This document shows positions 53,433-64,000 of a stretch of 64,000 nt of DNA, piece after piece. Below the pieces are notes generated by a model. That model was given only the letters and a program-made list of their open reading frames with translations. It searched no databases and was not told the origin of the DNA. Each line of letters starts with the position of its first letter. Position 1 is the first letter of the stretch. Both the position numbers and the translations under genes were made by a program. This DNA comes from Octopus bimaculoides (taxonomy: Eukaryota), in the NCBI RefSeq assembly GCF_001194135.2, contig NC_068982.1, positions 64,864,794 through 64,928,793 of the forward strand. Direction: 5' to 3'.

Positions 53433-53938
53433 AATGCTGTGCGTGAGAAGACCTGGCAAGCCAAGTGAAATCGAAATCGAACTAAATTCAACAATGGGCA
53501 CCCATGCCAACGTCTTCTCCTTCATTGGACACTAAACTCGGCTTGCGAAGACCTGTTGGGGCAAGCAAAAGCGAAATCGTGATGGCACCTGTGCCCAGCA
53601 TCGCCTTCCTGACACTTGTGCTGGTGGCACGTGTAAAGACATTCGAACGAGATCGTTGGCAGTGCCGCTAGACTGGCTCATGTGCAGGTGGCACGTAAGA
53701 TACACCATTTTGAGCGTGGCCGTTGCCAGTACCGCCTGACTGGCCTTCGTGCCGGTGGCACGTAAAAACACCCACTACACTCTCGGAGTGGTTGGCGTTA
53801 GGAAGGGCATCCAGCTGTAGAAACTCTGCCAAATCAGATTGGAGCCTGGTGTAGCCATCTGGTTCACCAGTCCTCAGTCAAATCGTCCAACCCATGCTAG
53901 CATGGAAAGCGGACGTTAAACGATGATGATGGTGATGA
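53433..53938 (+). mobile_element. 5'-truncated RTE LINE (last codons plus 3' UTR)
   Basis: Starts atgctgtgcgtgagaagacctggcaagccaagtga, identical to the ORF end at 8830-8864. Has one copy of the roughly 95-bp UTR repeat instead of two. Confidence 0.88.
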
Positions 53939-54039
53939 CTCCTCCTCATATGTTAGCATCAATCACTATCTTATTATTTGTGAAGTACAGAAATTAACTA
54001 TATTAAACTTATCAATTGTTACAAATGATGATGACATAA

Positions 54040-54300
54040 GTGTGAATGAAAGTAAATAGGAATTACTAGTATCTGGAGATTATATTAATGCTTGCAGTTA
54101 CATGAAACCTTCAGAAAACTACAATTAAAATGTTCATATGTTAGATTTTGTTATTGGTTTGGTGTTCAAGAGCTTAAGGCAGCAAGTGACTGTGGCGGAT
54201 TAGCTAATGCAGTAAATACAGACCTTAAAAAGTTTTCAACAAAGCTTACCTCAGTAATGGATGGTTGTAAACTTCCTCATGATGTTGTGTAATCAATTAC
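54040..54300 (+). pseudogene. Decayed hAT-like transposase fragment
   Basis: FGVQELKAASDCGGLANAVNTDLKKFSTKLTSVMDG resembles the region before the xDG motif of ZNF862-type hAT transposases. 52650-52830 may belong to the same relic. Confidence 0.4.
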
Positions 54301-54379
54301 CTCTGCTGTCATCTTTTCCAAATGTTTCTTGAGGATCTACTTGAAAATAGGAATTATAATGTTTATCATATAGTAAGAG

Positions 54380-55050
54380 ACTAACGATGATAATGTTGAT
54401 GATAGAGCAAGAGACTCATTGATAATGTTAATCATGTAGTCTAGATGGGCAGTGATAAGTTGATAGTATAGTTGTGACTGACAATGATAATGTAGGTATA
54501 GTTGTGTCTGATAGAGTTGAGAGTGATATTGATAATGTTGCTGATATAGCTGAAATGGATTGATAATGATGATGAAACATTGAAAATGTTGATAATATAG
54601 ATGTGACTGACATTAATAATGTAATGTTAGGACTGATATTGATAGTACAGTTCAGATTGACATTGATAGTGTTGATGAGATAGATGATACTGACATCGAT
54701 AATGTTGATAATGTTGGTAATATAGTTGAGATAGGCATTGATAATATTGATATGGTCAGAACTGTTATGGAGGATGTTGATAATGTAGATGAGCCTGACA
54801 GTGGTGATGTTGATTGTATGGTTAGAGCTGACATTGATAATATTGATGATACAGTTGAGACATTGATAATGTTGATTATATAATGAAATTGACATGGATA
54901 ATGTTGATATAAATGAAGCTGGTATTGGTAGTATTGATAATATAGATGACGTTGTTATTGATAATACTGACAATATGATGAGACTAACATTAATAATGCT
55001 GATAATATAAATGGCACTAATGTTGATAATGTAGATGATCCAGTTGAAGT
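54380..55050. repeat. Degenerate GAT/AAT-rich tandem repeat (gataatgtt-like)
   Basis: Recurring gataatgttgat motifs with frame slips. Confidence 0.7.
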
Positions 55051-55599
55051 CAAGGATGTGCCACCTGGGTAGAAAAACTAGGCTAAAACTAAACAGATAC
55101 AACTCCTAAATTTAGAAACCTCATTACTGATGTCGAAGTATCACTACTTGTGTCAAAGTAGGCACCCATGTGTTTCCAGAAGTTCACATACAAGTGATAA
55201 TTTATTTTTTTACCTACTTTTTTAACATACTTTTAAAAATGTTTTAGTTTTTAAAATAAATTTGAATTTGCTACCACAACCACAACCTTATATAACAAAA
55301 CAAACTCACTGAGTTATCATAGCATCTACACTCCTTCATCAACCAACCAACCAACCAATGAAGACTCTGATTCTTTAAGCGATGAGTATACATAACTTCT
55401 CTACCCATTAACCTTTTCACAAAGCTCTGGTGATATAAGTAAATCATTTTGCTCCTTATTGTTGCCTCGAAGTGCTCATACTTGAGAGTGAGACAAATCA
55501 TATACTTATAGCTTACCAGCTTTATATGAAGTTTATAGTTTTACATTTCATTTTCTTGGTCTGGAGGAAGTGGCAGAGTACATGGCCTTTGCAAGGCCT

Positions 55600-56010
55600 C
55601 TGAGACCAGTGATGTTGATAGTATTAATGTTCCCCTTGAACCATTGTCAGCCAACATTTGCTGGAAAGAATTGAGCAGGGAAGAAGTTTCAGAAGATTGA
55701 TGTTTTAGGAAGGAAGGCCAAGGTATAGTAATTAGTGTAGGGCTGGGTATGGGATTAGACATGATAAAAGAAATGAAAAGAGGAAGACAGTAGGTTAGGA
55801 ATGTCTGAAAGGAGGTTGCATGAGCTCAGTTCTGAGGAGCAGAGGCCATTATAAGTGAGAAAACAGTTCTTTTGTAGGCAGGAGACTGGAGTGCGAGTGT
55901 CTTTATATCAGTCATTTAGGTGATCCCTCTCTGGATGTGGTTTAGGATGTCTGTGTGTATATCAGCATTAACATCCTAGATATTAGTGTAATAATCCATT
56001 ACAGACATCA
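55600..56010 (-). mobile_element. Decayed CR1/L2-group LINE 3' end
   Basis: Minus-strand remnants YNGLCSSELSSC...SFLPKTSIFWN.LPAQFFPA...FKGNIN. Confidence 0.5.
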
Positions 56011-56179
56011 CTCGAGTTTGTAGAGCATTGATAATTGTTGAGTGCACGCATACATATACATTTTGAGGTGAGAATTGGCAACAGGAAGGCATCCGGCTAT
56101 AAAAAGTCTGCTTCATTAAACTTTGAGCCATGCATGAATGGAGAAGTCAACATTAAAATGATATTGATGATAATTATAG

Positions 56180-56610
56180 GTGCAGGCATGGCTATGTGGT
56201 AAGAAGGTTATTTCCCAACCACATGATTCCAGGTTCAGTCTCACTGCATGGCACCTTGGACAAGTGTCTTCAACTATTAGCCCTGGGCTAACCAAAGCCT
56301 TGTGGGTGGATTTGGTAGATGGAAACTGAAAGAAGCCTTTGTATGTGTGTGTGTGTGTGTGTGTTACTGTCTCCTTGCCTCAACTTTGTATGATAGTTGT
56401 AGATGGATTTTACCATTATGCAAATGCTGTCCTTTATTTCCAGACTTCCTTGAAAACATGTCTGGTCATGGGGAATATTTCTTTGCTTGGAAACAGGGGA
56501 GGGTTGGTGGCAAGAAAGGTATCCAGCTGTAGAAAAATCTTCTTCAACAAATTCCATCTGACCCATGCAAGCATGGAAAAGTAGACATTAAAATGATGAT
56601 GATGACGATG
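56180..56610 (+). mobile_element. Older A' SINE
   Basis: Full head (ggtgcaggcatggctatgtggtaag) to the gatgatgatgacgatg tail. Confidence 0.8.
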
Positions 56611-57371
56611 CTATATTTTGCATGTGTGTGCAAAGCAGTAGGCTTTTGGTGAGTCAAGTCTGTGACATGGCTTTGATCCTGGTTATATTTACTTCGTGCC
56701 ACTTATTGTTTGTACACATCATAGTCCATAGCCTTGTAAAAGATAGACTTTGTCAGATTGGTTGGCTTTCTCACAACACCAGAGTGAAGTCGAATTTTTA
56801 AAAGTTTGAACCTATTGATGGTACCTCAGACATCAGATAAACATGCTGTATGCAATTTGTAACTAAATACACTACTTTGAAGTATGGACAGCAGCTATTT
56901 TCAGCTAGGGAGACTGACTCAATGTTTCATGATTGGTTATGAAAAGGGTCAAGAACTAATTACTGCAGAAACTTTCATAAAGTTCATGCCCTGGTGAGAT
57001 GTAACCCAATAACTGTCTCCTCATAGTAACTGTATAGATTAATAAATTATATGCATCTTCTAAGCAATTACAATTTTTATTTATTTCTGTATTATATTAT
57101 CTATTTTTGGAGGCTGCCTTAGCATTAATTTTAGAGATCTGATTACATGTAAACAAAGAAACTGTTTTCATGTCCCAACATAACATTTCATGAATCATGA
57201 ATTTACATAACTTGTATTTCAAAGGACAGATACTATTTGGATTGTTCTAGAATAGTGGCTTAGTATTACGTCATATATCATCATATTATAACTATATAAT
57301 GTTATGTGTCCTTGCCATGTGGTGAAGAAATTTGTTTTTTAACCATGTGATTATACATGATTATAATTATT

Positions 57372-57590
57372 GAAAGTGGTGAACTGGCAGAATCATTTGC
57401 ACACTGGGCAAAATGCTTAGCAACATTTTGTCTGTCTTTATGTTCTGGGTTCAAATTCCATCAAGGTCGACTTTGCTTTTTTTCCTTTCCAAGTTGATAA
57501 AATAAGTATGAGTTGAGCACTGGGGTTGATGTAATTGACTTTCCCCTTTCCCTAAAATTGCTAGCCTTGTGCAAAAATTTGAAACCAATA
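57372..57590 (+). mobile_element. Family C SINE
   Basis: aagtggtgaactggcagaatc...ccttgtgcaaaaatttgaaacc. Confidence 0.85.
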
Positions 57591-57699
57591 TGATTATATT
57601 TGATGTTTCCAGAGTCGATCATAAATTATGACCTCTCAGCTGCTTGTCTGCTACCCTATCCACTCTGGCCATTCTCATATATCAGAATGTTTTCACTCA

Positions 57700-57702
<3 letters not shown>

Positions 57703-57776
<74 letters not shown>
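57703..57776. repeat. (CT)n microsatellite
   Basis: Direct reading. Confidence 0.95.
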
Positions 57777-57778
<2 letters not shown>

Positions 57779-58041
57779 CCCTCTCTCATGAAGATTACAC
57801 CAAAAAGGTTTCTATCATGCTACCTTCTACAGGTCTAGAGGAGAAGTTTAACTCAGCATAGTGAGCTAATTAACCACTAAGCTTTGTATTATCAATTACG
57901 GAGCAGATGGATAAATTGACAGAATCATTAGAATGTCAGACGAAATGCTTCATGGTATTTGTTCTGATTCTTTACAGTCTGAGTTCAAATCCTGCCAAGT
58001 TCAATCTTGCTTTCATCCCTTCAGGGCCAGTAAAATGAAAT

Positions 58042-58380
58042 GCCCCAGCATAAGGTGTTGTCCTTGTGGTGTGATGGCTTGGGTGCCTCAAACACCCTGA
58101 GAGCTATGCTAGTGGAGTACAAGTTTCTAGTAGGGTTCCTCATGATGGATAAGTAAAAAAAATATAGAAACCAGACCAATACTCACCACCCTTTCACAGA
58201 AGTTAAAAAAAAAAAAGGGTTTTCATAGGGCCAACATCCCTGCCTAGAAAAAAAGCAGAAATTCAGAAGCATCAATGACTCTTCAAAAACAAGACCTAGG
58301 AGAGGAATAGACAGCCCAGATTGGAGAAGAGTGAAGAAAAGTCATCGATAGCCTGCTCTCCACAGGGAGTGAAAGACTTA
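58042..58380 (+). mobile_element. Bipartite non-autonomous RTE derivative (5' UTR joined to 3' end), inserted in a family C SINE
   Basis: The 5' part resembles an RTE 5' UTR (ttgtggtg..ggcttgggtgcctcaa..ccctgagagctatgc..gtagggtt..catg). The 3' part encodes an RTE-like C-terminus (AQ.GEEWRKVIDSL.STGSERLK*). 13-bp repeat agtaaaat(g/a)aaat at 58029-58041 and 58381-58393. The host SINE resumes at aagtaccag. Confidence 0.6.
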
Positions 58381-58537
58381 AGTAAAATAAAATAAAGTAC
58401 CAGACAAGTACTGGGACTGATTTAATTGACTTGTGCATTTGTTAGAAATAAATATTAATTATACAGTGCATCTATTGGTTAAAGTAGTAAATTACTCCCA
58501 TAATCTGTTACCTGTTTACAGGTATTAGAGGGTGGGT

Positions 58538-58951
58538 ATGGCTTTCTTACAGGTTCAAATATGTCTCGAGCATATTTGAACTGGTGATAACCTTGTATTT
58601 ATGCACATCACCGCTTAGCGCCGCTACCCTGAAATTTGTTTGCAGTGAGCTGCTGATTAGCGCTACCAGTCACTGTATGATGACAGGAATATTGTAAGAG
58701 AGACAATGTCTCTTATCAGCTCGCAGTGCATCCTGACTGGTTTCTATGACTGAAGAGGAAATAACTGCTCCGAAATGCTTGCATCTCACAGTCTGGGTAG
58801 GTGGCGCTGTGAGCTGATTTTTGTGTATTTACATCATTTGTCTACAACGAGACATGACAAAACACAGTGAATGGCTTTCATACAGGTTCAAATATACCCC
58901 AAGCATATTTGAACTGGTAACAACATTGTATTTATACACATCACTGCTTAG
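58538..58951 (+). mobile_element. Retrozyme-like / Penelope-pLTR-like element: 333-bp unit plus 81-bp terminal redundancy
   Basis: 58538-58618 repeats at 58871-58951 (period 333). Contains several hairpins and a hammerhead ribozyme. No convincing coding capacity. Confidence 0.75.
58744..58791 (+). ncRNA. Minimal type I hammerhead ribozyme, catalytic core intact; predicted cleavage after C58785
   Basis: ctatga-CTGAAGA-gga[aataactgc]tcc-GAAA-tgc[tt]gca-TC-tcacag. All core positions match the hammerhead consensus, and stems I (5 of 6 pairs), II and III form. Confidence 0.85.
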
Positions 58952-59811
58952 AGATAGGTATGTCCCCTGCATCTGTCTTCAGTTGAGTGATCCTAATCTT
59001 GCAGGCTCATAAGTGCTAGTGTCACATAAAAAGTACCTCTGCTGGTACCATGTAAAAAGCACCTGTGTCGGTGTCACATAAAAACACCCATGCTGGTGCT
59101 GGTGCAAAAGCACCCAGTACATTCTGTGAAGTGGTTGGCATTAGGAAGGGCATCCAGCTGTAGAAACCATGCCAAAACAGACATAGAGCCTGGGTAGCTC
59201 CTGAGCTGGTCAGCTTCTGTTAAACCATCCAACCCATGCCAGCATGGAAAACGGATGTTAGATGATGATGTTGATGATCATGCTATATACACATGTACAC
59301 ATACATGCAACAGGCTTTCTCACAGTTTCTGTTTACTAAACTAACTCACAAGGTATTGACTGTTGGTTTACCTGGGTCTATAGTAGAAGATACTTGCCCA
59401 AGGTACTGCGCAATGGAACACTCTAAAAACCATGTGGTTGTAAAGTGAGCATCTTAATCACTCAACCCTATTACCTGTAACTATGTTGTACCTAATTTTA
59501 TTATTTTTTTTAATTACGTTGAAAATTAAAACAAAGGCAACACATTCTTGTTAGAAAAATGGCAACAAAAGGGTTAACATTTAAATGTATAAATAAATGA
59601 ACAATAAGAGGGTTGTGCTTTTAACATTTTTATAACAAAATATATTAAAAAGGTGTCAATTATTTAGTGTGAAATAACATTACTGACAGACTAGTAATAA
59701 ACAATAATTTAGTGACTGAAGTTACTTAGGAAAATGATGCAATTTAAACTAATATAGCTTACTAAATATGTCACTGACCTTTTGATGGACTTCAAAATAT
59801 TTATTAATTAG

Positions 59812-59814
<3 letters not shown>

Positions 59815-59871
<57 letters not shown>
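59815..59871. repeat. (TA)n microsatellite
   Basis: Direct reading. Confidence 0.95.
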
Positions 59872-59877
<6 letters not shown>

Positions 59878-62649
59878 GTAAAATGAACAAAAAAGAAAAA
59901 GAACATTGACATATTTGCTACAAGTTTTATATATTTAGAAAAACAAAACATATCTAAAGTTAATGTTCTCAGAGATGCCATCTGCATATAAATTGACAGT
60001 TAAGTGTCAGTGGACATATCATCTCATAAAAAAACAATGTGTTCAGAATTGTCTCTTGCACTTGTTGAAATGATTAAAATGTAAAAGCTTCTAAATTGCT
60101 TGGAACTAATGTTGGCTTTTTGCTCTCTGCATTAATTAGTATTTTTAATTAAAGAAAATGACAAATTAGCTGAATCATTAGTGCTCTGGATAGAATGCTT
60201 TATGGCATTTGTATTGGTTGCCTGTATTTTCTGAATTCAAATGATGGAGAGGCCTCTTTTTGTCTTATGTCTTTTAAGGGTTTATAAATAAAGTAGCATT
60301 TTAGACTGGTAATAATTTTAGAGCGTCAGATGCTTTGAACTTTAAAATAGCAATTTGTTCTGGTTATTTGCTTTCTGAGTTCAAATTCCACTTTCTATCA
60401 CTGGTTTTCTTGTGACAGGAAACTGGTCCTTTATGAACCAGATAACAATGACAGGCCCCCACTTTAGACAGTGGTGCATCAGTTGTAGCAACATGTCAGT
60501 CACAACAATATAACAACCAGACCTGAACAAAACAAGATAAAACTTAAATATTTTATTTAAAAAAAAACCTGTTTTAAGCCAGGAGGCAAGACAGTATCCA
60601 TGATACTTTATAAAATCTCTAAGACTTGTTGGAGGAAAGGGAGAAAAGGATTGTAAAACTAGAGACAGAACTGGCTCTAAAAGCTTGCAACAGAGTGGAC
60701 TTTGCTTAAGGCACCCAAAGTGTCAGATGGTAGCATTAAGTACGCCATGGTAAGATTTGAATTCAGAATGCAAAGAACTAAACAAATACTGTAACGCATC
60801 TTGTACAATGCTCTAACAATTCCATGAATCCACTGATCTGGAGTGGTGTTTTATTATATTATATCCTCAGAGAGGATGAAAAACAAAGTTAACACCAGTG
60901 GGATTTGAGCTCTGAGTGCCAGAACAAAAGTTACAAGATATTATATCTGACTCTCTTTGGCGATTGGTCTGCTGGATGAGAACTGAGCTGGAACTATAGC
61001 AAAGCAACTTATTGAGCACTTATCACTTATGTATATTACGTGTTTATAACTGAGCTACATTGTACCCTTACAGATTTCATGTTTATGACTGAGCCAAATC
61101 TCGCCCTTATAAATTTCATGTTTACAACTGTACCAAATTGCACCCATAAACATGATATGTTTATAACCACCAACCATCCCTCAAAGCAAACCTCATTGTT
61201 TTAAACAAGTATTGATGCATTGATTAATATAGTGCTAGATACCCATAAAAATGGAATGGTCATGGCTGGAATACCTTTGATCACATGTCTGTTGGCCCAG
61301 GGCTGACCTAAAGCAAAATAACATTTAGTCAGCACTTCATATACATTACATGTTTATCATTATCTCTTTTACACATATGAATCAATACCTTTTGAAGTCT
61401 AAAGATGAAGAGAAATAGATATTGTATTGCCGTAGAACATCACACTCCTAGGACTTGTTGCATTAAATATTCATACAACCTACTTAAGGCTGAATCTATC
61501 GTTTTCAATAAGTTTATGTATGTGTGTGTGTCCTTGCATATATGTGTATGTGCGTATACACACATACATACATACATACATACATACATTCATTTATTTG
61601 TTCTTCTAATCTTATTTTTCAAGTTTCTCTCCAAGAGAAAGTGCTAGTTTCCAGTGCAGAAACAAGGGTCTTTAAGTGGAATTTAGATAGATGTGTGTGT
61701 GTGTGCATGCATACATATGTACGTGAAGCTACTTAGCATCTCTTTTGGCATACATTTATTAAAGATCATAGGCACATACAACTCACCTCTTTTTCTTGTT
61801 TCTGGTTTCTTTCTGAATCTTTGACTCAAATTTTCATATAAATCTTAATAATTATAATTTATGTCTAAAGTTTCATTTTGATAAATTTGTTTATGCAGAT
61901 CCTTTTACAAGGATAATTAAGCTTTGTATATATTTACTACTATTGTTAAACCTGTCCTTGCTTTTGGACTTTGTAAACATCAATACTTCTTTTGAAACTT
62001 GGTAAATTTCTTTCTTTTTTTTTTTTTTAAGCCATCCCACTTCGTAATATCTTTCAAAGAATTAATGCCTGACAGATTTTCTTTAACCTTGCAACATCAA
62101 ACCTTCTTAAGCATTGAAAATTCTTTCAAATTTTAAGTCTTACTTTGAATTTGAACTTTAGTTTAGTTCTTGCAGGATTACAGTCACCCTCTTAAAACCA
62201 AGACATCCATTATTATTCAAAATCTTTCCTTCTAACCAATCATGTGCAAATCCTGGAACCTGGGTGCATTCATTTTGGGTTTCCTTGTGAATCTCTTTAT
62301 TTTCAAAGAACATGTTGAACAATGAAATTCAGTTCTGTGTATATTTGTGGCATCAGTAAACCATTGGAGTTTAATTGTTTCATACTTGGGTGCTGGTGCC
62401 ACATAAAAAGCACTGGTAAAAAGCACCCTGTACACTCTGTAAAGTGGTTAGCATCAGGAAGGGCATCCAGCTGTTGAAACCAAACCAAAACAGACTATGG
62501 AACTTGGTGCAGCCCCTGGACTTGCCAGTTCCTGTCAAGCTGTTCAACCCATGCCAGCATGGATGAAAAATAGACATTAAATGATGATGATCCTATTATG
62601 TTCTAAACATTACCGTATTTATTAATTTTAACCAACTCATGCATTGAAA

Positions 62650-63130
62650 ACACCAAGAATTATTATTTTCTGAATAATACCTTTTAGCTACTGATAAAAC
62701 AGATTGTTAGCTTCATCAGAACCACACATTGTTGGTGTAGAGATACCATTGAAGGTCTCCGAGTGACCACAGGATAGATACATGGACATAGACATAAGTG
62801 TATCGTTTAAACCAGATGATTTAAATAGGACTAAAATTGACACTCTAATTTCCATCATATTATCATCTCTTCCTTGCCAAAAAATAATGTCGCTACCATT
62901 TATCTCAGCATATTGATTCCCACTGTGTCTCATAAAACAACAATATCCATCCTGTACTTAGAAACTCCCAAAGAAAGTAAAGTAATTTTCCTTTCAGTAG
63001 ATATCTCATTGTCAATCATAGTTCTTACATTCCATAGCCCACAAGAAAATCAGATGTGTACTTTTTAGTAGTTTCTTGATAAAAACTTGGGTCCAGCTGC
63101 CCTTCCTTGGAACCACTGCTGAGCCTAACC
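62650..63130 (-). mobile_element. Decayed RTE 5' region with APE endonuclease
   Basis: Frameshifted remnants WNVRTMIDNE...ERKITLL...YRMDIVVL...IFWQGR...TPTMCGSDEANNLFYQ. Confidence 0.7.
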
Positions 63131-63214
63131 CATGCATTTTAGTTTTACAAATCCTTTCTGCCCTTTATACATAAATTTGATAATGGGTTGTTTTTTTTTC
63201 AAGTTATTGCTAGT

Positions 63215-63430
63215 CATATTGCTTATTAACAGAATTGTTAGCATGCTGGGCAAAATAGATCATGGCATTCCATCTGTCTTTATGTTCTTAGTTCAAACTC
63301 TGCCGAGGTCAACTTTACCTTTCATCCAGGGTCTATTAAATAAGTACCAGTTGACCACTGGGGTTGATTTAACTGACTTATTTCCTCCCCTTCAAAATTG
63401 CTGACCTCGTGCCAAAATTTGAAACCAATA
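63215..63430 (+). mobile_element. Family C SINE
   Basis: Matches the family C body and tail. Confidence 0.8.
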
Positions 63431-63562
63431 TTACAGATTATTACTTCCAAGAATATATCATCCAAAGAATACATTATACATCAAGTTTGTGATCTTTGTT
63501 CATTTCCTGTGCTCTCACTGAAGCTAAGAGTGACAAAACACTTATTAAAAATTAAAATACTA

Positions 63563-63810
63563 TCTTTCATTCATCCATTCATTCTCACTGCCTACTATTC
63601 CTTGGAGGATTGTAAGGGTAGAGTCCTCAGTCACTTCCATAGGGTCCTATCAGAAGCAATCATCATTACACTTTCCTGTTGGCTTACCAAACATAACTAA
63701 TTGAGACTATGAATGTTATCAAACTATCTCAAACTGGATTAACCCATAGGCCTCCTGTCGGTTGACTTGGCTTGAGAACCTGTCTTGTGATCTACTATAT
63801 TATTCATCAA
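63563..63810 (-). mobile_element. RTE 3' end (same family as 48742)
   Basis: Reverse complement ...caaccgacaggaggcctatggg...ttgcttctgataggaccctatgg...gaatggatgaatgaa. Confidence 0.65.
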
Positions 63811-63829
63811 GCCTTGATTAGCCTTTTTT

Positions 63830-64000
63830 AGAACACACAATAAATTTCAAACAAATGATCCACCTGCCTCCAATGAAGTAAGAGATGTTTTGTACAAACT
63901 TTAAAAAATGCTAAAGCTCCTGGCAATGATGGAATTCCAACAAAAGTGCTTAGATTGGGAGGAAATCAGCTGCTGGATATTCTGCATAACTTTACATATA
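63830..64000 (+). mobile_element. Decayed RTE RT fragment running off the window
   Basis: DPPASNEVRDVLYKL(frameshift)KNAKAPGNDGIPTKVLRLGG. Confidence 0.7.

Noticed and set aside
54428-55102. 224-aa minus-strand ORF, the longest in the track
   Set aside because: It is the antisense reading of a degenerate GAT/AAT repeat and has no domain signal.
61030-61180. About 3.5 degenerate ~40-bp tandem units (tttcatgtttat.actg...)
   Set aside because: Ordinary decayed minisatellite with no structural or coding signal.
62660-62725. Minus-strand CTGATGA-agcta...tagct-AAAA, hammerhead-like
   Set aside because: No GAAA, no stem I or III pairing, and it lies within an RTE endonuclease remnant.

Overview
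AT-rich, repeat-dense eukaryotic DNA with five N gaps. The repeat families (tRNA-derived SINEs with internal microsatellites, RTE LINEs with (GAT)n tails) look like those of an octopod cephalopod; this is inference from recognition, not a search. No host protein-coding gene can be identified with confidence, and nearly all ORFs in the supplied track are microsatellite, SINE or LINE artefacts. The window reads like a long intron or intergenic stretch behind a CpG-retaining 5' region, filled with three SINE head types, decayed RTE, CR1-type and CRE LINE fragments, and piggyBac-, mariner- and hAT-type MITEs. Best discovery: a 333-bp, terminally redundant, hairpin-rich unit at 58538-58951 carrying a catalytically intact minimal type I hammerhead ribozyme (58744-58791). 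A diverged second copy at about 48450-48742 has different but still pairing stems and abuts an RTE LINE 3' end. This fits a non-LTR retrozyme or Penelope-type small circular RNA element. Second: two copies of a TSD-flanked element that folds back on itself at the same point, giving 72-76 bp hairpin arms (15800-16012, 35415-35653).
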